Assembly (NCBI GenBank): GCA_963734955.1
Contig: CAVTJO010000011.1
Coordinates: 70,228 to 134,227 of the forward strand
Length of the DNA stretch: 64,000 nt
Reading direction: 5' to 3'
Origin: an uncultured Bacteroidota bacterium
Lineage (GTDB): Bacteria; Bacteroidota; Ignavibacteria; UBA10030; UBA6906
Notes under the pieces: model-generated
Told to the model about the DNA's origin: nothing
The model's database searches: none
The model's input: only the letters and a program-made list of their open reading frames with translations
Shown here: one piece after another, positions 47,564-57,558 of the stretch
How the letters are laid out: the number at the start of each line of letters is the position of its first letter
Position numbering within the stretch: the stretch's first letter is position 1
Made by a program: the position numbers and the translations under genes

Positions 47564-48493
47564 TTAAAGTTTGCTTAGAGGCGAATGCCGCAAGGTCTCC
47601 GGATGAACCTCGTCGTGCCCGGCTGAAGGCTCAAGATGGCTGATAATGCGCGCAGGCCTCTGCAATGACCTCCCGAGCACGGCTTCGATCTCTGTGGCGA
47701 TGTCGTGCGCTTCCTGGAGAGGGACTTCTTTGGGAAAGAGGATGTGATACTCGACCCAGATGGAATTGCCACTTTCCCGACATCGCAATTCGTGATACTG
47801 CAATCCATGCCTGGTGGTTTCCACATCCAGCACAACTCGGATGGATTGTTCAAGTTCCGGATCGGCCTCGTCCATCAGACCGCCGACCGCCTGGCGAACG
47901 AGCTTGCCTCCCGTCCAGACAATATTCAAAGCCACAGCCATGGCAATAATCGGATCGAACGGAAGCCAGCCGGTAAACAACACGAGAACCAATCCGAACA
48001 CAACCCCGAAACTTGTCCAGGAATCCGTGAGCACATGCTTGCCGTTTGCAACGAGAATCAGGGACTTGCCCTTCTTCCCCTGCCAGACAAGATATCCGCC
48101 AAGCCCGAGATTAATCACCGAAGCGCCAAACACCACATACGTTCCGATGTCGAGATTTGTCAGCTCGACGCCATGAATCAGCTTCTTGACCGATTCAAAA
48201 ATGATGAACATCGCGGCAAGAATGATCAGGAATCCCTCGACACCTGCCGAGAAGTAACTGATCTTGTCATGACCGTACGGATGACTGTCATCCGGCGGCC
48301 GGTACATAAGCCAAACGCTGAACGCGGCAAAGGCGACCGCGATAATATGCACAACCGATTCCGCCGCGTCGGAGAGAATGGCTGCGGAGTTCGTAATCGA
48401 ATATGCATACCACTTGCCTGCCAGCATGATGGCACCGACTGCAAGCGACAACCTGATCGCAAACATCTGAGTCTTGCGCGCTTTCTGGTCCAT
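47564..48493 (-). CDS. cation diffusion facilitator (CDF) family metal exporter
   Basis: Six TMs carry the HxxxD motifs (SDAAESVVH, PYGHDK). A C-terminal cytoplasmic domain follows. Confidence 0.8.
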   Translation of the reverse strand: MDQKARKTQMFAIRLSLAVGAIMLAGKWYAYSITNSAAILSDAAESVVHIIAVAFAAFSVWLMYRPPDDSHPYGHDKISYFSAGVEGFLIILAAMFIIFESVKKLIHGVELTNLDIGTYVVFGASVINLGLGGYLVWQGKKGKSLILVANGKHVLTDSWTSFGVVFGLVLVLFTGWLPFDPIIAMAVALNIVWTGGKLVRQAVGGLMDEADPELEQSIRVVLDVETTRHGLQYHELRCRESGNSIWVEYHILFPKEVPLQEAHDIATEIEAVLGRSLQRPARIISHLEPSAGHDEVHPETLRHSPLSKL

Positions 48494-48498
48494 AATGA

Positions 48499-49887
48499 CT
48501 AACCCGCACCAGCCATTGGAAAGATGATAGAGACGGACGTCCCTTTGTTCAGCTCACTTTTGACAACCAACGAAAGCCCCTGCAAATCGGCGAGGCGTTT
48601 GACGATCGCAAGACCAAGTCCTGCGCCCTGCACCTCAGAGTTTCTCGATTCATCAACACGATAGAACCTGTCGAAAATCCTCGGAACCTGCTCCTTGCTC
48701 ATACCGATGCCGTGATCGGTGATTGTACATTCCACCGAATTGCCGACGTGTCCAACAGAAATATCAAGAGCGGAGTCCTTGCGTGAATACTTGACGGCAT
48801 TTGAGATGACGTTCTCCAGAATCATATCCACCATCACCGGATCCGCCTTCACCAGTGTGTCGTCAGTGCCAGGGAATCCGACCTTCAAATGTTCTGCAAC
48901 AAGAAGCGGCCCCATCCGCTCAACAAGGGATTCTACTCTCTTCCGGAGGTGAACCTCCTGAAGAGCCGGCCTCATGCTTCCGCTGTCGTAGCGCGCAAGA
49001 AGCAACAATTGCTCGACGAGGCTGGAAAGCCTGTCGACTTCGTTCACACAATATGTGATTTTCTCGACATAATGCTCTTGACTGCGCGGTTTTCGGATGA
49101 GCACCTCGAGCGTACCCTTCAACGCGGCAAGTGGCGTACGCAACTCGTGCGAGGCATCGGCGGTAAACTGCCGCTCTCGAAGCAACGCCTCCTGCAGCCT
49201 GTTGAGCAGTCCGTTGATGGTGGAAGCGAGCCGGTATAGTTCGTCCCGCGTTGTCGGCAGCTCAATCCGATCGTCGAGATTGCGGGATGTAATAAGCTCG
49301 GCGGTTGCAGTAACTCTCTCGATGGGGGCAATGCTGCGTCCTGCAATGAACCTGCTGACGACAAAGACAATCACCAGCACCATGGGAAATGCGGTGAAAA
49401 GGACGGTGCGAAGATTGGAAAGAATGATCTCCGCCTCCTGGCGCGGCATTGCCACAATGATATAACCAAGAGTACGCCCCGACGGGTTCGGTATGGGCAA
49501 CTGAACCTGCCGGACAGGTGACTCAAGAAGCCTCGTATCAAAAAATGACTTTGCCTTTCGTGAGGGGTCGAATGCGAGCCGTGTTTCCCGGAGGTTGGGG
49601 GTCTTCCGCAACAGGTGTCCGGACGCATCAACAACCTGCAAAAAAATCGGGTTGACATCCACCTGCCCGTGTTCTTTTTCCGACCACTCTGCCTTGTTGG
49701 CAAACACAATCTCATCGCTCAGCACCACGATTCCGTGGAACACTTCGAGAGACTCCGCATCAAGGTCGTCGTTCATGTGGCCGTACACAGTGCGGTACAT
49801 GACGACATACAACACAAGGAAGACCACTGCCGCGAGCAAGCCGGTCGCCAGAACATAGTAGAGCGCGATCCTGTTTCGCAGGCTCAC
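48499..49887 (-). CDS. two-component sensor histidine kinase (HAMP-HisKA-HATPase_c)
   Basis: The H-box is ADASHELRTPLAAL. N, G1 and G2 boxes are present (GLGLAIVKR). There are two TMs. Confidence 0.8.
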   Translation of the reverse strand: MSLRNRIALYYVLATGLLAAVVFLVLYVVMYRTVYGHMNDDLDAESLEVFHGIVVLSDEIVFANKAEWSEKEHGQVDVNPIFLQVVDASGHLLRKTPNLRETRLAFDPSRKAKSFFDTRLLESPVRQVQLPIPNPSGRTLGYIIVAMPRQEAEIILSNLRTVLFTAFPMVLVIVFVVSRFIAGRSIAPIERVTATAELITSRNLDDRIELPTTRDELYRLASTINGLLNRLQEALLRERQFTADASHELRTPLAALKGTLEVLIRKPRSQEHYVEKITYCVNEVDRLSSLVEQLLLLARYDSGSMRPALQEVHLRKRVESLVERMGPLLVAEHLKVGFPGTDDTLVKADPVMVDMILENVISNAVKYSRKDSALDISVGHVGNSVECTITDHGIGMSKEQVPRIFDRFYRVDESRNSEVQGAGLGLAIVKRLADLQGLSLVVKSELNKGTSVSIIFPMAGAG

Positions 49888-50561
49888 GATGACGCCTCTT
49901 CGCGCACCACATAGCCAACACCACGCACCGTCTGGATGCAGCTCCTCGCGCCTCCGGTGTCGAGTTTCTTGCGGAGATAATTCACGTACACGTCAATCAC
50001 AGATGTATCGGCGTCAAAGTGTGCGTCCCACACATGCTCGATGATACGCGTGCGCGTGCAGACTTTCCCTTTGTTGCGCATGAGGAATTCGAGCAAGGAG
50101 AACTCCTTTGGGGTGAGAATGACTTCACTCGCATTCCTGAAGACCTGGTGTGTTTCCGGATTGAGCTCGATGGCGCCAAGGCGAAGTACCGATTCTCCCC
50201 CGGATTTGTTGCGAAGTTGCACACGGATGCGGGCAAGCAGTTCATCGAACTGCAGAGGTTTCTTTATGTAGTCATTCGCGCCGATCTCCAGACCGAACAC
50301 CGTATCCTGCACGGTGTCCTTTGCTGTAAGAAAAATAACCGGCACCGAAGTATTCTCCTTCCTCAACCTCCGGCACACTTCGATGCCACTGATACCGGGC
50401 AGCATCCAATCAAGCAGTATCACATCATACTCGTTGGAGAGAGCCATCTCCAGGCCTGTGGTCCCATCACGCGCCACATCGACGGCAAACCCTTCTTCCT
50501 CCAGTCCATCATGAATAAAATTTGCAATGCCCTTTTCGTCTTCAACAACAAGAATTCGCAT
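49884..50561 (-). CDS. OmpR-family response regulator
   Basis: The product has a receiver domain (ILVVEDE, VILLDWMLPG) and a winged-helix output domain. It overlaps the HK start by 4 bp. Confidence 0.85.
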   Translation of the reverse strand: MRILVVEDEKGIANFIHDGLEEEGFAVDVARDGTTGLEMALSNEYDVILLDWMLPGISGIEVCRRLRKENTSVPVIFLTAKDTVQDTVFGLEIGANDYIKKPLQFDELLARIRVQLRNKSGGESVLRLGAIELNPETHQVFRNASEVILTPKEFSLLEFLMRNKGKVCTRTRIIEHVWDAHFDADTSVIDVYVNYLRKKLDTGGARSCIQTVRGVGYVVREEASS

Positions 50562-50738
50562 TCGTACTTAGATAGTTGGTCTTAACAGACTGTGGTCCGT
50601 GTAAGTGAAGCCCGGAAGAGGCAAGCGAAGCCAATCTCTCTTGTGATCAGATTGCTCGTCACGAAGAACGTTCCTCGTAACAACGCGCCGATTTCAGGGC
50701 GGTACCCGGCGTGGGGCGATTTGGTCTTTCAACAGCTG

Positions 50739-51239
50739 CTAATCATTCTGCGCATCCTCCGGTTGTTGTGCACTTGTGCCGGCGCCAAGCGTATCACCGA
50801 GTGTCAACTGCACACCTGCGGCGTGCTTGAACACAAGCTCCCCGCCATAGTACCCTGTTCTCGCAATCGAGAGGACACCGACAAGAAACATCACGACCGG
50901 AATCCAACGCAACGCGCCGGTGAACCTCTTCATCGCAACCATGACAATGCGAACCAGTGCGGCTGCACCCATGAGCCAGAGCGAGACGATCGCAGCGTCC
51001 TCATGCGTTTCGAGCGCTTGCTTCAACGCGCCACCTTCGGCAAGACCGTCGCCTGCAAGGTTCCCCGAGAAATATGCCGCAATCGCCCCGAGCGTCCCAA
51101 GAATTAACAAAGAAAAACCGACTTTTGAAAAGAACTCACGATTGAAAATCACGCCCATGAAATCCGCAAGGAGCCCGACAATAAGCAGGGCAATGGGAAA
51201 ATGGACAATCATCGGGTGCAGAAGCGTCAGGTCAAACAT
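50739..51239 (-). CDS. DUF2231-family membrane protein
   Basis: The N-terminal HPMIVHFPIALL motif and four TMs support the assignment. Confidence 0.6.
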   Translation of the reverse strand: MFDLTLLHPMIVHFPIALLIVGLLADFMGVIFNREFFSKVGFSLLILGTLGAIAAYFSGNLAGDGLAEGGALKQALETHEDAAIVSLWLMGAAALVRIVMVAMKRFTGALRWIPVVMFLVGVLSIARTGYYGGELVFKHAAGVQLTLGDTLGAGTSAQQPEDAQND

Positions 51240-51645
51240 AGATCCTCCATGAATGAATATTGTGGGAACAAGATAACGGGAGAGGACTTAGCGGTTGGTA
51301 AGTTGATTCTTAGAAGTGGATTAGAAGCCCCCACTGTCGATTTGATCCTACTCCTACTTACAATATTACCCACCACGAGGTGGAATTTATTCCTCGGAGT
51401 ATTCCTCGCTCCAGCAACCTGTGAAGTTCTTCCTTTCGGAGCCTCCTTTTCCAAACTTTCACATAACCGATGTCTTTATCCGAATTGGTACGAGCTTTGC
51501 TCAAACTGCATGGAGTTCACGGTTACAGCAATCGGGGTGCTCGCTTATTGATTGTGAGAATGCGGCTTGCAAAGCTCCAGCCCTTCTGCTGATCCGGGAT
51601 CTCAACACCCTCATTCACAATGCCATTGTATGGCTCGGGAGGCGC

Positions 51646-53138
51646 ATGAAACCCCGACGCACAGTCTGCCATTCACCCGTTCGCGGACTGGTGGTTCTCC
51701 TTGCAGCAGCCCTCCTCGTGTCTGCACAGCTTCCAGAAGCCAGGAGCGCAAGCCGGACACCGCAGTCAAAACCCCCGGTGCCGGGAATCCTGCATAACAA
51801 GCAGGCCCGTTTACTCACACCGAATCACGTTCAGCAACAGCAGCCGGATAATCCTGCAACACAAGGCTTTGTTGTCGATACGGCAGTGGTCCGCAGCTCG
51901 ATTGATACAACGCGGCATACCTACTCGTTCGACGCACATGGCAGAATGAGTCTGGACCAGACGCAGACGTTCGCCCAGGGCGGGTGGACAAACACCTTGC
52001 TGATCACGAGAAGTTCCGATGACTCCGGGTATGTGACGATGGAGCTTGACCAGGATTGGCAGCTCGGGGAAGCTGGCAAAACGTCCTTCGAGAAAACCAT
52101 GGCCCTTACATTCACGGTCAATCAAGTGCCAATCGTTTTGAAGAATGGATGAATGGACAGTGGAACCTGACATATCAGGACTCGTCCACGTTTGGTCCGG
52201 GGTTCAGACTGGCTTCCACTGTTTCGGCGTGGTACCTGCCGGGATCGCAATCAGTTATCCAGCGGACATCGAACAGCTACGATGGCAACGGCTTCCTCAT
52301 TTCCACTCTCGTGGAACAAATGGATAGCGGGTCGTGGAGACCCCGGCAACGGGCGACATTCATGATCGACCTCCGCGGATACGATACTCTCTACACATCG
52401 GAGACATGGGTGGACACCCAATGGGTATACCAGAACCGGACGTCATTTGTGAACGATAGTACCGGCAGAGTGCTTCAGGCAATCGACTGCACATGGCAAA
52501 GCAATCAGTGGGTGAACCAGCGCCGCCAAACACTTTCCTATCCCCCCGACAGGTCATTCCATTACCTGTCCGAGGATTGGCTTGGAGGCGCCTGGGTTCC
52601 CACGTTGCGCGAAGTGGAACAATATGATGTCAACGGCAATCTCACTTCGGAAGTGTATGAGTACTACGTCTCGGGAGCGTGGGTTCTTCGTTCAAGTCTT
52701 GTCAATACCTACAATACGGCCGCACTGTTGATCCATGGAGAGTGCCAGGGCGAGGATGGCAGTTTTTATGCCCGGGATGGATTCGACAACAAGTACTACT
52801 TTTCGGGAAGGTCCATTGATATTGCATACCGGACACTCATAACGGGCGTTGAACAGACGTCCGGCAGCGCTCCATCGTCATATCAACTGCTGCAGAACTA
52901 TCCCAATCCATTCAACCCGACAACAACAATTCGATACAGCCTGCCAAAGGAATCATTCGTCACGCTGATAGTCTACAACACGCTCGGTCAACAGGTGGCT
53001 GAACCGGTGAGTGAGCAACAACAAGCCGGGTATCACAATGTGGAGTTCCGTGCCGACGGACTTGCAAGTGGAGTCTATTTCTACAGACTGCAAACCGGAG
53101 ACTTTGTCCAGACGAAGAGACTGCTGCTATTGAAGTGA
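51646..53138 (+). CDS. secreted hypothetical protein with T9SS CTD, split by a frameshift near 52090-52130
   Basis: ORF 51421..52152 carries a signal peptide from Met76 (MKPRRTVCHSPVRGLVVLLAAALLVSAQ). ORF 52056..53138 in another frame continues with W-rich repeats and ends in NYPNPFNPTTTIRYSLP...SGVYFYRL...KRLLLLK. Confidence 0.6.
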
Positions 53139-53227
53139 TCGGTTGGTTTCCGCTGCCAGGTTGACAGGCTCAATCTAATGGATACCAGGCATTCAAGTAC
53201 ATGTTTTGATCTGTTGTTGGGGACCTA

Positions 53228-54439
53228 CTAATCGTACGTAATGGCAAAGACTGTGTCTGTCAGCCATCTTCTGAAGGAATCATTGTCGCTGAATTGCTTG
53301 AACAGTTCCGTATCGTCCTTCAGAAGGGCTGTCATGACACGGATGAGAGCCTTGTCGTGTTCAACTCTCGCGTTCTGCCGGTCCGAATTCTGTTTGGCAT
53401 TCTGGTACGCTTGATCCGCAGAGACTCTCGTAGGGATATCTTTGGTTATCAACTGTCGAACGCGATCGGCATCTGTCCAAGGGATATTCCCAAAGTGATC
53501 GTTGAAAGTCTGGAGGATGTTGCTTAGCCTGCCAAGTTCAGGCTGGGCCTTTCTTCCACCACCGCTCGTCGGGACAGGTTCAATTTCCGCGTCAGCATCC
53601 GGCAATGCTATTTTCATTGCTGCTTTCTTTTCAGCCCGGTAGCTATCCATGTCGATTGCTTCGAGTATACCCTTGGAGAGGTCTTCTTCCTTCGGCGCTG
53701 GTAGCTTCGGAATAAGAAACGTCAGGAAAATGGAAAGCTTCTCCCAGCCTGGATTATTGTATGGCAGGATCGAGGACAGGAAATCATACGTGCGTGTGAA
53801 CGCTTTGGCCTTGCCCTTGAAGTCCACCTGTGCATCCTCGCCGAGATGTTCCTTGTAAGACGCGACAGCAGCATCAAGTATCGGGTCAAGCTTGTCACGG
53901 TCAGAACCGGAGAGATACAGGTTCACGAGTTCGTCGACCTGCTCCGGCGAATAGACTTGATGACTATCCATCGCTGCTTTCAAGTCGTGCAGCTTGTTCG
54001 GATCGGTCTCTTCGCTGAGAATTGTCGTCCGGTAGTAGTCGGAAAAGGCCTCCTCAATGGTCTTTGTGTTATTCATGAAATCAAGCACGAAGACGTCGTG
54101 CTTCTGAGGATGTGCGCGATTAAGGCGCGACAGGGTCTGTACGGCCTTTATGCCAGCCAGGGGTTTGTCAACATACATCGTGTGGAGAAGCGGTTCGTCG
54201 TAGCCGGTTTGAAACTTCTCCGCACAGATAAGAAACCGGTAGGGATCTTCTTGAATCCAATCAGCTATCTGATCACTCGGGAATCCATTCAATGATGATT
54301 CAGAAACCTGCGCGCCACCATACTCATGTTCACCCGAAAAGGCTACAATCGGTTGATAAGGACTTTTCCGTTCGGCCAGGTAGTCACGGAACGCATGGAA
54401 ATACTGCAGCGCCCGCTCGATGCTTCCCGTTACCACCAT
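53228..54439 (-). pseudogene. hsdR: C-terminal fragment of a type I restriction endonuclease R subunit (hsdR)
   Basis: The fragment starts inside helicase motif V/VI (AEKFQTGYDEPLLHTMYVDKPLAGIKAVQTLSRLNRAH) and continues into the HsdR C-terminal helical domain. The N-terminal ~600 aa, hsdM and hsdS are all absent. Confidence 0.7.
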
Positions 54440-54583
54440 TGCCCCATTGAAGAAGCCGAGATCACAGGCATTTTGAACCAGTAAACACTAACAAACACTA
54501 ACAGACTTGACAAATTCATGTAAAAGCCGCACATTACCCGGGCGGAAAAGAGGCACAATCCCACCAAGAAAAAGGAGTCTCAC

Positions 54584-55375
54584 ATGACAAACGAAAGCGT
54601 TCGTTTCTCCAGGCTTCTACCGAGCTTCCAAAACAAGGACGAGTTCTTCGAGCTGATCGCCAGCGAGGAATCGCTTGGTCCACGGCTGTGGCAATCGAGC
54701 ATCTTGCTCACCGGTCTGCTGTTCTTCTATGGTCTCATCATGGGCTCGTATACCGGCATCCTGCAGGCTCTCACAGCCGGTATCAAGGTTCCGGTCTTGT
54801 TCTTCCTGTCACTGCTCATCTGCTTCCCGGCATTCTTCCTTCTGCAATTCATCCTCGGCTCCAAGATGAAGCTGTCCCAGATGACGGCTATCATCCTGTC
54901 CGGGTTTGTGCAAACGGCGGCGATCATGGTATCGTTCACTCCGATCGTTGTCTTCTTCGTGCTCACCGGCGGGAACTATCATTTTCTCCAGCTCCTGCAC
55001 GTTGCGATCTTCCTGTTGTCGGGGTTCTTCGGCATGAAGACCATCCTCGATGCTCTCAAATTCTCGTGCGAGAAGAAGAACGTGTATCCGCAAACCGGCG
55101 TCGTGGTGTTCCGGTTCTGGGTGGTGATCCTTGCATTCGTCGGCATTCAACTGGCGTGGAACCTGCGGCCTTTCCTCGCGGAACAGGACAAGCCGTATGC
55201 GTTGTTCAGAAAGTATGAAGGGAATTTCTATACCGCGGTGATCTATTCGTTCCAGCAACTCTCACAGCCGGAGGAGCCCACCAGGCACACTCCCGTTCCA
55301 ACCCGGCAGCCGTTTCCCACTGTACCCCGACACAACGAAAGGGAAGAAGTAACGTGGAAGAGAACGAGATCATGA
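54584..55375 (+). CDS. hypothetical polytopic membrane protein (5-6 TM) with Pro/Thr-rich tail
   Basis: The 263 aa ORF has hydrophobic segments LLTGLLFFYGLIMG, PVLFFLSLLICFPAFFLLQFILG, IILSGFVQTAAIMVSF, LLHVAIFLLSGFFG and VVFRFWVVILAFVGIQLAW. Confidence 0.55.
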   Translation: MTNESVRFSRLLPSFQNKDEFFELIASEESLGPRLWQSSILLTGLLFFYGLIMGSYTGILQALTAGIKVPVLFFLSLLICFPAFFLLQFILGSKMKLSQMTAIILSGFVQTAAIMVSFTPIVVFFVLTGGNYHFLQLLHVAIFLLSGFFGMKTILDALKFSCEKKNVYPQTGVVVFRFWVVILAFVGIQLAWNLRPFLAEQDKPYALFRKYEGNFYTAVIYSFQQLSQPEEPTRHTPVPTRQPFPTVPRHNEREEVTWKRTRS

Positions 55376-55575
55376 CGCTCGAGGAAGTCGCCGCATATCT
55401 GAAGCTGACACCTCAGACGATTTACACGTGGGCCCAGGAGAAGCGAATCCCGGCGGCCAAGTTGGGGAAGGAATGGCGTTTCAAGAGATCCATCATCGAT
55501 GCGTGGTTCAATCAACACATCGACGAGAAATTCAATCACATTGTCAGTAATGCCACCGGACCAAAGAAGGAATGA
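55372..55575 (+). CDS. excisionase/MerR-like HTH_17 DNA-binding protein
   Basis: The HTH is MTLEEVAAYLKLTPQTIYTWAQEKRIPAAKLGKEWRF. Its ATG overlaps the upstream stop (ATGA). Confidence 0.6.
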   Translation: MTLEEVAAYLKLTPQTIYTWAQEKRIPAAKLGKEWRFKRSIIDAWFNQHIDEKFNHIVSNATGPKKE

Positions 55576-55670
55576 GCATAACACCGGGAGATCAAGGACG
55601 GCGACGGGCGTTACCAGACTACGGCGTGGATGGATGGAAAGTTGGATATGCTTCTGTACTTCCGCTCAAC

Positions 55671-56006
55671 CTATGCGCGCTCGTCCATCAGACGAAGACG
55701 GTCGACCAGCACTTTCATCACTTCAAGTGCGAAGCCCGGATTCTGGTGCACAAGTGCGAGGAACCTCTCCTCATCGATCGGAACCAGCTGACAATCGGTT
55801 TTCGCACGGGCAGTGGCACTGCGCGGCTTTTTGTCAATGAGCACCATCTCGCCAATAATGCCGCCTTTCCCAACAGCAGTGATGGCCTTTCCGCGAACGG
55901 ACAACTCCACCTCCCCGTCTTTCACGACATACATCTTGTCGCCAAATTCACCTTCCTGAAAGATGTTCTGGCCGGAGGCGAATCGTTCAGGTCTTAGTGG
56001 TTGCAT
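55671..56006 (-). CDS. stand-alone cyclic-nucleotide-binding domain protein
   Basis: The 111 aa product is a cNMP-binding beta-roll (IFQEGEFGDKMYVVKDGEVEL....GEMVLIDKKPRSATARA) with no fused output domain. Confidence 0.65.
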   Translation of the reverse strand: MQPLRPERFASGQNIFQEGEFGDKMYVVKDGEVELSVRGKAITAVGKGGIIGEMVLIDKKPRSATARAKTDCQLVPIDEERFLALVHQNPGFALEVMKVLVDRLRLMDERA

Positions 56007-56105
56007 CCCTTCTTCTCCTCGATGTATCCTGAGCGGGTCATATTCTCACACATATCTTCGTTCGTTCCTATCCTGCTCCTGGTGGGAAGTAGTTTGATCT
56101 TTCCA

Positions 56106-56940
56106 TCAGGCAGTCACGACCCTTCCCGTTTGGTGCGGATGGGTTTCGAGAACCTCAATACCGTTGATTCCCTGTTTGCCCATGGCCCCGCCGGTGCATG
56201 CCAGGGCGAGCTGGTTCGTGTTGCATTCCTGACTGACGTGCGCGAGTATGACGGCCTGAGGCAGCATCGTGGAACGGTCAAAAACATTCAGGAGAATGCT
56301 GGCACACTGATCGTTCGACAGATGTCCGATCTCCCGGATGCGACGTTTGAGCCAGAGCGGACGACCCGAATTCTCAAGCATGTCCACGTCGTGATTGGAC
56401 TCGACAACGATAACGTCGGAATTGGCAATGTGCCGCGTGGCCGCGCCCGTGGGGTAGGCGATGTCAGTCGTGATGGTGACCTTCCGTGTCCTGCCCCCTG
56501 CATCCGAGAGGATACTGTATCCGAAACATCCCCCCGGCGAATCGTGGGGAACCGGGAACGCCTGCACATGGAGCCCTGCGATATCAATCTCGCTTTCGCT
56601 GAATGTCTTCAACAATCCGAGGTGGGAGGCCCGCGCAAGCGCCTCGTCAGCGCGCCTGCAGGTGAAGCTCGATTTCGGGAGGACAATGGATCGGAACGCG
56701 TGCTTTGATGAGCTTCTTGACGAACCATTCGTTGACATGGTCGCCGTGAACATGCGTGATGAGAACGCCGCTCAAGTCCCCAATCCTGAATCCGTTTCTC
56801 CCGAGAGACTTCTCGAGGTAAGCCGGGTTGAACCCGCAGTCGACGAGAATGGCTGATTTCTCATTCCACACGAGTGTCGCATTGCCAGCGCTTGAGCTGC
56901 CCAGAACGCAGACTGCGAGTTTGGATATGGAATCAGGCAT
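56106..56940 (-). CDS. MBL-fold metallo-hydrolase split by a frameshift near 56650-56700
   Basis: ORF 56647..57105 has the MBL start (KLAVCVLGSSSAGNATLV) and the HxHxDH motif (THVHGDHV). ORF 56106..56753 in another frame carries the remaining motifs (IAYPTGAATRH, VESNHD, AHVSQE). The upstream part of the listed ORF is translated repeat DNA, so the start is taken as Met56. Confidence 0.6.
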
Positions 56941-57052
56941 CACTATGATAATCCTGTTGTCACTTGAACCTGCGCAGTCTGCCGCAGTGCCTTGGACGAT
57001 ACGAGATTGGGAGGAGTAAAGCAAGAAAGGAGTTGTGTCTCCCTGAGTCAGT

Positions 57053-57474
57053 GTCACCCTGAGCGAGTCCGCCAGTTTTGGGGCGGACGAGTCGAAGGGT
57101 GGCATGAGTCAGTCTTCTGCCGAAGGCATCCCTTCGGGAGACTCCCTCACGGATTGAGCTCACAAGGTCGCTCAGACTGACGGGCGGAACGAAACGCGTC
57201 ACCCTGAGCGAGTCCGCCTGCTTTGAGGCGGACGAGTCGAAGGGTGTTACAAGTATCAGCCCCATTTCTTTGTGGGCCAAAGAAATGGGGGAAAGTTCGC
57301 CTTCCAGAATCCCGCACATGGGCGGAATCCAAAGGGCGGAAAAGCCTTTCCGAAATCGAAATGCAGCGATGGCTTGCCACGCAAATGCCGTCGATTTCAG
57401 CAACAATGATGGATCGCGTACGCTGAAATCGAAACGCACGCCATCGCCTCTATCGCACACAGCCGTCGATTTCG
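57053..57474. repeat. cluster of hairpin-forming short repeats (REP/MITE-like)
   Basis: There are 49-bp direct repeats at 57053..57101 and 57199..57247 (gtcaccctgagcgagtccgccNNttttgRggcggacgagtcgaagggtg), each with an internal inverted repeat. A perfect 13-bp-stem hairpin lies at 57261..57291 (ccccatttctttg tgggc caaagaaatgggg). Two paired ccgaaatcga...tcgatttc units lie at 57347..57396 and 57423..57474. Confidence 0.7.
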
Positions 57475-57558
57475 GAATGCGCGGGATGATCTCACTCCAT
57501 TCGGCCAATGCGCGATGCCTAACTTCGTGGCTGTTCCAGACACAGTAGGAGGCAATCC

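Noticed and set aside
47705-48502. 265-aa plus-strand ORF
   Set aside because: It is antisense to the CDF transporter gene. It is His/Arg-rich noise.
50019-50585. 188-aa plus-strand ORF
   Set aside because: It is antisense to the OmpR-family response regulator.
57261-57291. Perfect 13-bp hairpin as a rho-independent terminator
   Set aside because: No downstream T/U tract is present (it is followed by gaaagttcgcc). It fits better as part of the hairpin-repeat cluster than as an intrinsic terminator.
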